Source of the DNA: Owenia fusiformis
Lineage: Eukaryota
Length of the DNA: 64,000 bases
NCBI GenBank assembly: GCA_903813345.2
Contig: CAIIXF020000001.1
Location: 868,001-932,000 of the forward strand
Direction of reading: 5' to 3'
This document shows, one piece after another, positions 63,813-64,000 of the stretch. Made by a program: the position numbers and the translations under genes. The number at the start of each line of letters is the position of its first letter. Within the stretch, counting starts at the first letter, position 1. The notes beneath the pieces are model-generated. The model was not told the origin of the DNA. It did no database searches and was given only the letters and a program-made list of their open reading frames with translations.

Positions 63813-64000
63813 CAGATTAAGATGTTGCAGTTACAACATTTGCTGGCACTATATCAGCTTGACCAGGCACTGAAAGCCATGCAGAGTCTAGAGGGGTAAT
63901 TAGAGGTTGGAATAAGGCAAATCAAGGCCATGTCTGCAAGTGAAGTTTACTGGAGACTGGACAGGTAATCTGTTGAGGCATTAAGAAGCTCCCTAATTGC

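Overview
AT-rich, intron-rich animal genomic DNA, most likely a marine invertebrate (species not determinable from the sequence). It is not prokaryotic and has no CRISPR array. By splicing GT-AG exons by hand I reconstructed six protein-coding genes: WDR89 (minus, runs off the left edge), ARMC1 (minus) head-to-head with an MTFR1/2-family gene (plus), SLC35B3/PAPST2 (minus) head-to-head with THOC1 (plus), and PHACTR (minus, 5' end off the right edge). Introns and spacers are packed with nested transposon relics: CR1/L2-type LINEs, a solo LTR, Tc1/mariner, hAT-like, Harbinger-like, Helentron/DINE-like and Crypton-derived elements, plus several minisatellites. The most striking item is a complete miniature LTR retroelement (TRIM) at 3009-4434. 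It has a tRNA-Leu primer-binding site, a 67-bp core and a polypurine tract, and each LTR carries a tRNA-shaped Pol III cassette, reminiscent of plant Cassandra elements that carry 5S rRNA. Other highlights: about 30-bp P-element-style excision footprints with 7-bp TSDs, a candidate alternative first exon giving a short PHACTR isoform, and an in-frame array of duplicated splice acceptors in PHACTR. All homology calls rest on recalled protein motifs, not database searches.
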